Shown: positions 29,035 to 39,581 of the stretch, piece after piece
Numbering within the stretch: the stretch's first letter is position 1
How the letters are laid out: every line of letters starts with the position of its first letter
NCBI GenBank assembly: GCA_965223155.1
Contig: CBDCVR010000015.1
Coordinates: 864,001-928,000 of the forward strand
DNA length: 64,000 nt
Reading direction: 5' to 3'
Origin: Candidatus Multivoradales bacterium
Lineage (GTDB): Bacteria; Acidobacteriota; Thermoanaerobaculia; Multivoradales; JAHEKO01
Translations under genes and position numbers: made by a program
The notes under the pieces: model-generated
The model's input: the letters and a program-made list of their open reading frames with translations, nothing else
What the model was told of the DNA's origin: nothing
Database searches by the model: none

Positions 29035-31221
29035 ATGACTCCGAATACGACGTTTGCCACTCTCCGGCCCGCGGCCGTTCTGGCCGCCGCCTTCCTCATC
29101 GCGGCCTACCTCGGGGCCTCTCCCGGCCCGGAAGAGGCAAGCCGCCTCTTTGACGCGGCTCGCTCTGGAGATGCCGATGCCGCGACCGCCCTTCTCGACC
29201 AAGGCGTTCCGGTGGACGCCACCGACAAGTACGGCTCGACCGCGCTGGCCATGGCTTCGAGCTCCGGCCACGCCGACGTCGTCCGGCTCTTGCTGGCGCG
29301 CGGAGCCGACGTCAATCACGCCGACGCCTTCTACGGCGCGCGCCCGGTGGACATCGCGCTCTTCTGGAAAGGCCATCGCGACATCGCCAAGATCCTCCTC
29401 GAAGCTGGAGCCGAGGGCCGCGAGGACGCCCTCGGCCTTGCTCTGCGAGAAGGCGACGTGGATCTGGCGCGGGCCGCCGTGGCCAGTGGTCCGCTCTACC
29501 AGAGCGCTCTTCAGGCACTGCGCGACCGGCTGGGCAAGCTCGCCTCAGAGGAGGAGGCGCCGGCCCAGATCGCCGAGCTCCTGGCTGGTGCGTCAAGCCG
29601 CCCCGATCCGCCGACGCCCAGCTACGACTTGGAGCAGCTTCATACCTTTACCGGCAAGTTCGAGGGCTGGACTTCGGATGATGCCGTCGAGGTCACCTTG
29701 CGCGAAGGCGTCCTTCAGTGGCGCCTCAACGACGAGGCGCGCGGCGCTCTCCGCATCGTCGGTGAGCGCGCTTTCGCCGCGACCGACGGCAGCCCGGTCA
29801 ACTTCAACGGCCGCTCCGGGCGCATCGAAGGCGTCGTCGTTCGCGCTGGGGACCAGAGCGTGTTCATGCGCCGGAGCGTGGCCGAGCCCGATCCCGAGGC
29901 CGCCGCGCGCTTCGCCGCTCTCGAGGTGACTCCAGAAGACGCCGCCTCGAGTCCCAACTGGCCCGCCTTCCGGGGTGCCAACGCGGTCGGCGTCGCCGAC
30001 GGTCACGCCACCGCCGTGTCCTGGAACATCGGCTCGGGCGACGGCATCCTCTGGACCGGTTCTCTTCCCGGCCTCGGCAATTCGAGCCCGATTGTCTGGG
30101 GCGACCGGGTCTACGTCACGACCGCGGTCGCCGACGTCGAGCAGAGGCTCCGCACGGGTCTGACCGGGGCCACCGAGTACTTCGATGAGAACGTGGAGCA
30201 CTCCTGGCGGGTCCTGGCCTTCGACAAGCGCTCGGGCAAGCTCGTCTGGGACGTCGAGGTGGGCCGCGCCGTGCCTCTGACCAAGCGCCATTTCAAGGCC
30301 TCGCAGGCCAACTCGACCCCGGTCACCGACGGTGAGCGCATCGTCGTGGTCTTTCCAACTGCCGGGCTTGCTTGCCTGGACGCGGACGGTACCGTCCTCT
30401 GGAGGAAGGACCTGGGAGGCCTCAATGCCGGGGCCTTCAGCGACCCGACTATCGAGTGGGGTTTCGCCAGCTCACCGATTCTGTACGGCGATTCGGTCAT
30501 CCTCCAGGTCGACGTCCACGAGGGATCCCACCTCGTCTCCTGGGATCTCGAGACGGGGCGCGAGCTCTGGCGCACCGAGCGTGACGTCGCCCCGTCGTGG
30601 GCGACGCCGACGATTCTCCCGGGTCCGGAGGGCGACGAGCTCGTCACCAACGGCTCGACCATCCACGCCTACGATCCCAAGACCGGGCGCGAGCTCTGGA
30701 GCCTGGGGCCCAACTCGGAGTTGGTCGTCGCCACGCCCGTGGTCGATGGCGGGGTCGTCTACGTCTCGGCCGGGTACCCGCCGATCAAGCCGATCTATGC
30801 CGTGCGCGCGGGCACCCGCGGGGCGCTCGACACCCAACCGGGCAAAGCCCACGACGATCTTCTCTGGAGCCACGGGCGGGGCGGCGCCTACATGCCCAGT
30901 CCGCTTCTCTACCGGGGCCTCTACTACATCGTGCACCACAATGGCCGCCTGGTGGCTTACGACCCGGCCGACGGCACCGCCGTCTTCAAGAGCCGTTTTT
31001 CCAAGGGCGGCACCTTCACCGGCTCGCCGGTGGCCGCCGACGGCAAGCTCTACGTCCCCACCGAAGAGGGGCTTCTCTACGTTCTCGAGGCCGGCCCGGC
31101 CTATTCCGAGCTCGCCATCAACGACATGGGCGAGCCGCTCATGGCCACACCCGCGATCTCAGAGGGAATGCTCTTCTTGCGGACGCCTTCGAAGCTCGTG
31201 GCGGTTGCCGGCGCCGGCTGA
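29035..31221 (+). CDS. Ankyrin-repeat plus PQQ-like (BamB-like) beta-propeller secreted protein
   Basis: GSTALAMASSSGHADVVRLLLARGADVN; NWPAFRG, GNSSPIVWGDRVY, WGFASSP, SWATP. Confidence 0.87.
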   Translation: MTPNTTFATLRPAAVLAAAFLIAAYLGASPGPEEASRLFDAARSGDADAATALLDQGVPVDATDKYGSTALAMASSSGHADVVRLLLARGADVNHADAFYGARPVDIALFWKGHRDIAKILLEAGAEGREDALGLALREGDVDLARAAVASGPLYQSALQALRDRLGKLASEEEAPAQIAELLAGASSRPDPPTPSYDLEQLHTFTGKFEGWTSDDAVEVTLREGVLQWRLNDEARGALRIVGERAFAATDGSPVNFNGRSGRIEGVVVRAGDQSVFMRRSVAEPDPEAAARFAALEVTPEDAASSPNWPAFRGANAVGVADGHATAVSWNIGSGDGILWTGSLPGLGNSSPIVWGDRVYVTTAVADVEQRLRTGLTGATEYFDENVEHSWRVLAFDKRSGKLVWDVEVGRAVPLTKRHFKASQANSTPVTDGERIVVVFPTAGLACLDADGTVLWRKDLGGLNAGAFSDPTIEWGFASSPILYGDSVILQVDVHEGSHLVSWDLETGRELWRTERDVAPSWATPTILPGPEGDELVTNGSTIHAYDPKTGRELWSLGPNSELVVATPVVDGGVVYVSAGYPPIKPIYAVRAGTRGALDTQPGKAHDDLLWSHGRGGAYMPSPLLYRGLYYIVHHNGRLVAYDPADGTAVFKSRFSKGGTFTGSPVAADGKLYVPTEEGLLYVLEAGPAYSELAINDMGEPLMATPAISEGMLFLRTPSKLVAVAGAG

Positions 31222-31228
31222 TCCGCCC

Positions 31229-32547
31229 CTAGGCTGCCGCGTGCGCCCAGGCCGTGTAGGCGCGAAGATGCGAGACGGCGTCGTGGACGCGTAGGACCTC
31301 GACGCCCTTGGTGCACAGGGCGAGCGAGATGCCCAGGGTCTCGAGGTCGCGGCCGGCGGCATCGTCACCCCTCCCGGAATCGCGGGCCAACGATCCGAGA
31401 AACGACTTCCGCGAGTGCCCCACCAAGATCCGGAGCCCGTAGCGCTGGAACCTCTCTACCGCGCGCAGGAGCTCGAGCGAGTGGAGCGCGCTCTTGCCGA
31501 AGCCGATCCCCGGGTCGAAGAGAATCCGGTCGAGATCAAGGCCCGCGGCTTCCCAGGCGCGCAGCCGCTCGCCCAGCCAGGACTCGACTTCGGCAACCGG
31601 GTCGGCCGTGTCCGGAAACCGAACTTCCGGCTCGACCGGCACGGTCAGACTGTGCATCGCCACCCAGTCCGCTCCGCTCTGGCGGGCCAGGTCCAGCATT
31701 GCGGGATCGGCCAAGCCGGAAGTGTCGTTGATCCAGTCGGCACCTAGCTCGAGCGCCCATTCGGCGACCTCCGCATGACGGGTATCGACCGAGATCAGAG
31801 GACGAAGCAGCCGGCCCCGGCCGGCGGCGACGAGATCCGACAGAACCGGCTCGAGCCGCGCCCATTCGCTTTCGGGATCGACCGCCTCGGCTCCCGGCCG
31901 GGTTGACTCCGCTCCCAGGTCGAGGACGTGGACGCCGGCACTGTCCATCGCCTCGAGGTCCTCCTCGAGCACTCTCCGGTCCCGGTAGCGGCCACCGTCC
32001 GAGAAGGAATCGGGAGTCACGTTGACGATTGCCATCCACAGCGGGATGGGCGGCCGCGCGCGGCGAGCAAGCTCGAGAACCGTCGGTGCCGGACCGTCCT
32101 TGGCGGTCCCGAGGGGCGGCCGCAGGCCGGGAGCCAGATGAGCCAGCGGGGTCAGAACAAACGACCGGGAGGCGAGATCGGAATGGGGCACGGTGAGGCG
32201 CTCGGAGCGCGCGGCCCGATCGCCCCAGAGCAGGATGTCGACATCGAGCGCCCGTGGTGCCCAGCGCTCCGGACCGCGCTCGCCGGCCTCGGCCTCCACG
32301 CTCTTGGCGACGTCCAGCCAGTGCTCGGGCGTGCCGTCGACCTCGCCCTCGACCACCAGATTGCGGTAGGGCCGGTTCCAGGACGAGGGCGAGCCCGCCG
32401 GCAAGAGCGCGGGGGACTCGACAACCGGCGAGACACGGCAGCGCCGCAGTCCCGCCGCAATCAAGCGTTCGACGCCCAGGGCCAGGTGGCGGCGCCGGCC
32501 GCCAAGATTCGAACCGAGACCGAGATACACCTTCACGCCGGCCGCGC

Positions 32548-32551
<4 letters not shown>
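31229..32551 (-). CDS. folKP: Bifunctional HPPK-dihydropteroate synthase (FolK-FolP fusion)
   Basis: VYLGLGSNLG, RWAPRALDVDIL, PH (HPPK); VNVTPDSFSDGG, GAESTRPG, DPGIGFGK, GHSRKSF, RVHD (DHPS). GTG start overlaps the NCS1 stop. Confidence 0.92.
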
Positions 32552-34002
<1,451 letters not shown>

Positions 34003-34030
34003 GGCCGGTCGAGGGAGGAGCGCCGCGACC

Positions 34031-35095
34031 CTATTCGGAGGGCCGCTCACCCACGACGGCCAGGTGTGTCCGCGCCTCCGACCGGGCAACAGACAGCCGG
34101 GAAATGCCGGCAATCCCGATCGAGGCCAGATCGACGACCTCCGTCCAGGCCTCTTCACCGCGAGCAGCGAGCAGCAGCTTCGAGCCCGAGCCCATCAGGA
34201 ATTGCCGGTCGCCCCACCAGGCGAAGTCCTCGACCTCGCCCGGGGTCCTTGTCAGAAGCTCGACTTCCCGGGACGCGAGATCGTAGGCGGCGATCGCCCA
34301 GGCGGCCGCATCGCGCTTGTCCACAAACGAGACCGCGCGCCGGCCCGGGACCCTGTGGAGCGCGCGCCCGATGTCGGTCGCCACGGTCTGACTCGTCCCC
34401 GAGCCGACCTCGGCCAGGACCAGCTCGTGCGGCGCCCCCAGAACGAAGAGAGCCAAGGTCTGCGGGTCGAGCCAGGCGTGATAGCCGACGGGCTGGATGG
34501 CCTCGAAGAGGAGCTCGGCTTCGCCGTCGCCCGGAAACCGCCACAGACGCTGGGTGCCATCCGCCTCGACGCGCACCGTCGAGAATCCGTCACCGTCTCC
34601 GGCGGGGGTCGGCGAGTACTCGCTCTCAGTGGTGTCGGTGACCCGGCTCACCTCGCCGTCCGCCAGCGAATACCTGAAAACGTCCGTCTGCTCGCCCTGC
34701 TGAGAAGTGAAGAGTAGGCTCGCGCCTCCGGGCTCGAAATAGGGCTGGTTGTCGTAGTGTGGCCGGTCGGTGATTCGTCGCGAATCGCGCACGCTCCAGG
34801 GCTGAGAGTTGGTATCGAGCTCGACCAGCCAGATGTCGGTCGTCGGAGGGGCGGGCGGTGCCTCCTCGGTTTCCTCCTGCGACCCGGCAGCCGAATCGGC
34901 AATGGACTCGGCAGCGGGCTCGGCCGTGGACTTTCCCTCTTCGGCCGGCTCGCTCGTAACCGCCGCTTGGTCCAGCACCGGGGTCGAAACCGCCGCGCCC
35001 TTCCCGGACGCCTCCGGAGAGTCCGAACCGGCACCGGCACACCCGGCAACGATCAGGGCCGCCAGAGCCAGTCTCCACGAGGTTCCGAGCTTCAT
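34031..35095 (-). CDS. TolB-like beta-propeller lipoprotein
   Basis: Lipobox IVAGC; low-complexity linker; YDNQPYF, ESEYSPT, PVGYHAW. Confidence 0.75.
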   Translation of the reverse strand: MKLGTSWRLALAALIVAGCAGAGSDSPEASGKGAAVSTPVLDQAAVTSEPAEEGKSTAEPAAESIADSAAGSQEETEEAPPAPPTTDIWLVELDTNSQPWSVRDSRRITDRPHYDNQPYFEPGGASLLFTSQQGEQTDVFRYSLADGEVSRVTDTTESEYSPTPAGDGDGFSTVRVEADGTQRLWRFPGDGEAELLFEAIQPVGYHAWLDPQTLALFVLGAPHELVLAEVGSGTSQTVATDIGRALHRVPGRRAVSFVDKRDAAAWAIAAYDLASREVELLTRTPGEVEDFAWWGDRQFLMGSGSKLLLAARGEEAWTEVVDLASIGIAGISRLSVARSEARTHLAVVGERPSE

Positions 35096-35478
35096 GGAGT
35101 GCCTACCGCCTCGTCGGTATCGGTGACCGGCAGAACCTCGGCTCGCGCGGCGAGCAGGTACCCTTGGGCACGGATCGAAACCTCGGCTCCTTCGGGAATC
35201 TGATACCCACCGAGCTTCTTCCAGCCCACTTCCAGGGTGTCACCGGCCGCCAACTGCGCCTCCCGATGGGTAATCTCGCCGTTGGCGGAGACGATCATGA
35301 TCTCGAGCTCCGCCAGCGGTTCGGTGCCGAGATTGTGAATTCGCAAGATGTGCCCGGCCCCGAGTAACGAGTCCCGAACCGTAATCTCGACCGGCGGCGA
35401 CTCGGCGGCGACGCCACAGGCGAGAACGGCTCCGGCCAGGACGGCAAGCGCCACCACAAGACAAGCTCTAGATTGCAT
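35092..35478 (-). CDS. Hypothetical lipoprotein
   Basis: Signal peptide with VLAC lipobox; 4-nt overlap with the next gene. Confidence 0.65.
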   Translation of the reverse strand: MQSRACLVVALAVLAGAVLACGVAAESPPVEITVRDSLLGAGHILRIHNLGTEPLAELEIMIVSANGEITHREAQLAAGDTLEVGWKKLGGYQIPEGAEVSIRAQGYLLAARAEVLPVTDTDEAVGTP

Positions 35479-35684
35479 CCTGGAATCGTAGCAAAGGGCT
35501 CGCGCCGCCGGGCTCGTGGCAGATTCTTGGAACCGTTTGGGTCAGATTGGCGTCCAAAGGACTAGAGGGACGTGCATGAACGGCACGATAGAGCTGCTCG
35601 GGTGCCACTGGAAGGCGGCTTCGCCGGGCAACTGGCTTGCATAGAAATCCTCTTTGGACATCTGCCCTTGGCGAGTGAAGAGCG

Positions 35685-35885
35685 GTGCGCTACCCGGACA
35701 TCTCCGTGCAGACCGAAAGCGAGAACCCGCTTGCCTTGGTCGCGGCGGTGCGCCACGAGCTGCGCCAAGCGGGAATCGATCGCGGAGAGATCGAGCGGTT
35801 TTCCGAAGAAGCCCTGAGTCAGCCGCGCGATCAAGAAATCCGCGACGTCTGCCAGGCCTGGGTCAACCTGAGCAAGTCAGCCTAG
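35685..35885 (+). CDS. Small hypothetical protein (66 aa)
   Basis: Protein-like composition (NPLALVAAVRHELRQAG...FSEEAL); host-like codon usage; fills an intergenic gap. Confidence 0.7.
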   Translation: MRYPDISVQTESENPLALVAAVRHELRQAGIDRGEIERFSEEALSQPRDQEIRDVCQAWVNLSKSA

Positions 35886-35900
35886 CCGGCCTCGCCCGGC

Positions 35901-36530
35901 TCAGTCCGACTGGAGGCCGTAGACGAAGGCCGCCAGCGCTCCGCCCAGGAGCGGCATGGCGATGTAGATCCAAAGATCGGCCAGGGAACCGCCCCCGAAC
36001 ATGGCCCGCACCAGGCTCGGCCCGACGCCAACCGCCGGGTTGAAGGCGGCGCCGGAGATGCCGCCGGCGGCGATCGCTCCCGCGGCCACGGTGAAGCCGA
36101 TCGCCAGGCCGTAGTACGAGTTGCCCTCGGTCCTCGGCGAGGTCGCGACCTGCAGGACCACCAGAGCCAAAGCGAAGGTAAAGAGGAGCTCGGCCAGCAA
36201 GACCGCCGAAGCGCCCGCTGCCGGGTTCGGAGCCGGCGCGAAGGTCGTGCCGGTCATTGCGTACACCGCCAGCGCGGCGGCTAGCGCTCCGACGATCTGG
36301 GCCACCACGTACTTGGCGAACTCGGCCCCCGAGAGCTTGCCCCGCATCATGACCGCCAGGCTCACCGCCGGGTTGTAGTGGGCTCCCGAGATGTGCCCGC
36401 CCATGTAGATCATCACCATCAGCGTCGCCCCGATGGCGATCGGCGCCAGCGAGGTCCCGCTCCAAGCGGTCAGCCCGATCGTCAAGACGAGAAAAAATGT
36501 CCCGATGGTCTCCGTCAGATAGCGCTGCAT
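35901..36530 (-). CDS. Aquaporin (MIP family)
   Basis: ISGAHYNPAV and SGAAFNPAV NPA boxes; AGGAGG RBS. Confidence 0.93.
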   Translation of the reverse strand: MQRYLTETIGTFFLVLTIGLTAWSGTSLAPIAIGATLMVMIYMGGHISGAHYNPAVSLAVMMRGKLSGAEFAKYVVAQIVGALAAALAVYAMTGTTFAPAPNPAAGASAVLLAELLFTFALALVVLQVATSPRTEGNSYYGLAIGFTVAAGAIAAGGISGAAFNPAVGVGPSLVRAMFGGGSLADLWIYIAMPLLGGALAAFVYGLQSD

Positions 36531-36747
36531 CGTCCCTCCTTGAGGCCTTCGGCCCCTGCGTTTGCTTGCGGCCATTGTCCCATGCTCACCGATGTAGCCT
36601 CAACCGACGAAACCGTTGAATCCAAGCAACTTAGCCGCCCACTGCCTGTGGTACGCTCCATAGCTCGCCCTCGTCGAGCCAGGGTACGCTTGTCTTTTCC
36701 GAGGCGAGGCGTGCCAGCTCCGCGACGGGCGTCCGCCCGAGGCCACG

Positions 36748-37914
36748 ATGACCCAAGCCCTGCCGAAGCAATATATCCAGGTGGGCGAGCACCAGGTTTC
36801 CTTGCCACCGGGCGTAACCGTAACGGACTGGGCGCTCGAGAAAGTCCGCATCCAGAACCCGCGGATTCGCGCCTATCTGGGCTCATTGCGACTCCTGGAG
36901 CAGACCAACGAGAGCAACTACGCCATCCTGCACTGTTCTCCGGGCCGCCTGCTCCAGATCTGGAGGCGAGTTCGCCGCGTCTGCAAGATGATGCAGACCC
37001 AGCTTGCGCCCACCCTCGGCGAAGCCTCATCGATCCCAGCGCTCGATACCGCCCGCCGCAACGCCGAGCTCTCGTACGTAGCTCTCAACAACACCGTCGT
37101 ACAGAAGCTCGAGCGCTACCCCTACAAGATCGAAGAAGACGATCTGCCGCAGGTGCGGCGGCTCTTATGCCGGTCGATCGGCAAGATCTACTCCTTCCTC
37201 CGGGATACCTTCGGAGAGATCGTCGCCGCGGACCCCCGCAGCCTGCACGACTCCGACTACTACCTTTCGAAACGGTTCCCCCAGGACATCGAGGAGGCCG
37301 AGTGGCTCTATGCCTCGGTCGACAAGCTCAACGACTACCTGCAAGAGGTCGGTCGTGTCCTGATGCGGGATCTCCAACGGATGGCCAAGCGCCTTCGCGA
37401 CGAGCCGCAGCTGCCCTCGCCCACGTCCTGGTACTACGTCGACCGTTTTCTGGTCGAGCTCATCGAGGGACTCTCTCCGATGCTCAAGGAGATGCTGGCG
37501 ATGACCGGCATCCGCTACGATGAGATGGAGCCACTCGACGACTACGCGTTCCGGATTCCGCACAACTGTCATCAGCTCAAGGACTCCTACCGCTTGGGCC
37601 GGCAGCTCATCGACGAGATCAAGCAGCGCGAGGTCAGCAGCTTTGCCGAGCGCGAGCGGCTGGTCGAGGACCTTCTCGCCTGCCATCGCGTCCTGAGCTC
37701 CCATCTTCTCGGCAGCATGCAGCGCGTCGAGCAAGCGGTCCAGGACCTTCTGGCCTACGTACCGATCTGGCTCGACGCCATCGAGAAACGCCGTGCCCTG
37801 ATGCTGACCAAGAGCCCGGAGGATCTTCCCCAGCGGGCGACCCGGCAGAGCCGCGCGGTGGCCGCCACCGAGCGGCCCAAACTCGTCGATCTGAATCAGC
37901 TCCAGAGCGCCTGA
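36748..37914 (+). CDS. Hypothetical cytoplasmic alpha-helical protein
   Basis: 388-aa ORF with natural composition and coding-like codon bias; no family recognised. Confidence 0.75.
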   Translation: MTQALPKQYIQVGEHQVSLPPGVTVTDWALEKVRIQNPRIRAYLGSLRLLEQTNESNYAILHCSPGRLLQIWRRVRRVCKMMQTQLAPTLGEASSIPALDTARRNAELSYVALNNTVVQKLERYPYKIEEDDLPQVRRLLCRSIGKIYSFLRDTFGEIVAADPRSLHDSDYYLSKRFPQDIEEAEWLYASVDKLNDYLQEVGRVLMRDLQRMAKRLRDEPQLPSPTSWYYVDRFLVELIEGLSPMLKEMLAMTGIRYDEMEPLDDYAFRIPHNCHQLKDSYRLGRQLIDEIKQREVSSFAERERLVEDLLACHRVLSSHLLGSMQRVEQAVQDLLAYVPIWLDAIEKRRALMLTKSPEDLPQRATRQSRAVAATERPKLVDLNQLQSA

Positions 37915-37923
37915 GAGCAACCC

Positions 37924-39057
37924 TCAGGCGGGCTCGACCGCGAGCCTCAGGATCCGCACGCGGCCCGAACCCTCGAAATACAGCCCGGCACGGCCGACGT
38001 CGCCGGTGGCTTCGTGGCCGTGCACAACGACCTCGTCGCCGACCAACCCCTTGAGATGCTTGCCGACCGACGAGACGGAAAGCTCGAGGCGGCCGTCGGG
38101 GGCCGCGATCCGGCCCGAAGCCAGGGTCGTCCGATCACCTCCGTCGCGGGCAACCAAGGCCACGCCGCCGTCCGGGCCGAGCGCGAACCAGTGACCCCGC
38201 GCCACGCCCTCGACGTGATGCGCGAGCCCGATTGCCCCCCGGAAGGTCTCGACCTCCAGGGTCGCCTCGACCCGAAGATCACCGAATCGCTGCGGAAAAA
38301 GCAGCATGGTGGCGCCGGCAAAATCGACCACCAGGCCGTCGCGGACCGACCCCTGCCCCCCCACTTCGGAACCCGGCATCTCGGGCACCGCCGCCAGGGT
38401 TCCGCCCTCGGCGGCCAGCACCATGACCGAATCCAGAGCAACGACGTCGTTCGCCCGTGGCGTCCAGACCCAGCCGTCGCCCAGAGGGCGTAATCGATCG
38501 GCCGGGGTCGCCTCGGCGTCAAGAGCAACCGTGCCCGGCATGACCTCTTCGGACGGGCCGCCCTCCGGCAGCGCGCCCTGGACGCCCAGACCGTGTCGGT
38601 AGACCAGGCGCCCCCCGTGCTCGGCAGTCTCGAGCAGAAAGAAGAGGCCGACGCCCGCCGCGAGCAGCAGCACCAGCCGCACCGGGCGTAACGTGACCCG
38701 CGGGCTGGTGCGATCTCTGAGCGTCACCGCCAACCGCAGGACGGCCAGGCCGGCGAATAGGTAGATCGCACGGTGCGCCCAGTCGCTGTGGCTGGTGACC
38801 TCGCGCTCGATCGCGAGCGGCAAGCTGCCGAAGTCCTCGGCGGCGTGCTCTCCCGTTTCCATCGCCCACCAGCCGATCGCGGTTCCCAAGACATAGAACG
38901 GCAGCGCGACCCGATCGAACCAGCGCCGGGCGAAGAGCACGGCACCGGCATCCAGGAGGGCTCCGAGCGGCAACAGCGCCAGGGGAAAGTGCACCAGCAC
39001 TGGATGGATGTTGGGCAGAGCACTCTCGGCCAGGAACCGCTCGATGAGCTCGGGCAT
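37924..39057 (-). CDS. DUF2231-like membrane domain plus C-terminal beta-sandwich domain
   Basis: NIHPVLVHFPLAL, TGEHAAE, AEHGGRLVYRHG. Confidence 0.75.
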   Translation of the reverse strand: MPELIERFLAESALPNIHPVLVHFPLALLPLGALLDAGAVLFARRWFDRVALPFYVLGTAIGWWAMETGEHAAEDFGSLPLAIEREVTSHSDWAHRAIYLFAGLAVLRLAVTLRDRTSPRVTLRPVRLVLLLAAGVGLFFLLETAEHGGRLVYRHGLGVQGALPEGGPSEEVMPGTVALDAEATPADRLRPLGDGWVWTPRANDVVALDSVMVLAAEGGTLAAVPEMPGSEVGGQGSVRDGLVVDFAGATMLLFPQRFGDLRVEATLEVETFRGAIGLAHHVEGVARGHWFALGPDGGVALVARDGGDRTTLASGRIAAPDGRLELSVSSVGKHLKGLVGDEVVVHGHEATGDVGRAGLYFEGSGRVRILRLAVEPA

Positions 39058-39125
39058 GCTCTCCGGATGCTACTACGCTGTCTGAATCCGAGTCCGAATC
39101 CGAGCCGGCGCAGCCGATCGGCCGG

Positions 39126-39581
39126 CTAGAGCACTTCGAAGTCTTCGGTCCGGACCAATCGATCGAGGGCTTGCGAGAGCTTCGGAGGCGGCGCCACCAG
39201 CTTCCTCGCGGCCAGGTCCATCCAACCGCCGTCGGTGTGAATCGTCGCCGCCAGCGCGCCGTCGCGCCGGAAGATTCGGTGCGCCAGCCGGAACCGGCTC
39301 TGGTCCGGCCGCGCCGCCGCCAGCCGGTAGTCGACGGTAACGGTGTCGTCGATCCCGACTTCCTTCAGATAGTGAATCTCCTCACGCAGGATCACCGGGC
39401 CGAGATTCGCCCGCGCGAACTCGGCGGGCGGGAAGCCGTGGTCGGCGAGGAAGCAAAATCGCACGTGGGTCGCGAAGTCCATGTAGGCCGTGTTGCACAC
39501 GTGCCGGTTGGCATCGAGGTGAGCCCATTGCACCTCGAAGGACTCGGCGTACGGTTCGGGCTCCGAGTCGCTACCAGGCAA
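39126..39581 (-). CDS. Acyl-CoA thioesterase (4HBT/hotdog fold); start approximate
   Basis: WAHLDANRHVCNTAY, GPVILREEIHYLKE, GGWMDL..RKL. Confidence 0.85.
   Translation of the reverse strand: MPGSDSEPEPYAESFEVQWAHLDANRHVCNTAYMDFATHVRFCFLADHGFPPAEFARANLGPVILREEIHYLKEVGIDDTVTVDYRLAAARPDQSRFRLAHRIFRRDGALAATIHTDGGWMDLAARKLVAPPPKLSQALDRLVRTEDFEVL

Noticed and set aside
35901-36530. Aquaporin as part of the arsenic system
   Set aside because: It lies about 20 kb from arsRM with no ArsR site, so nothing links them.
36613-36636. AT-richer motif (minus strand CTAAGTTGCTTGGATTCAACGG) reminiscent of tyrosine-recombinase half-sites
   Set aside because: Single weak copy, with no integrase or second site visible.
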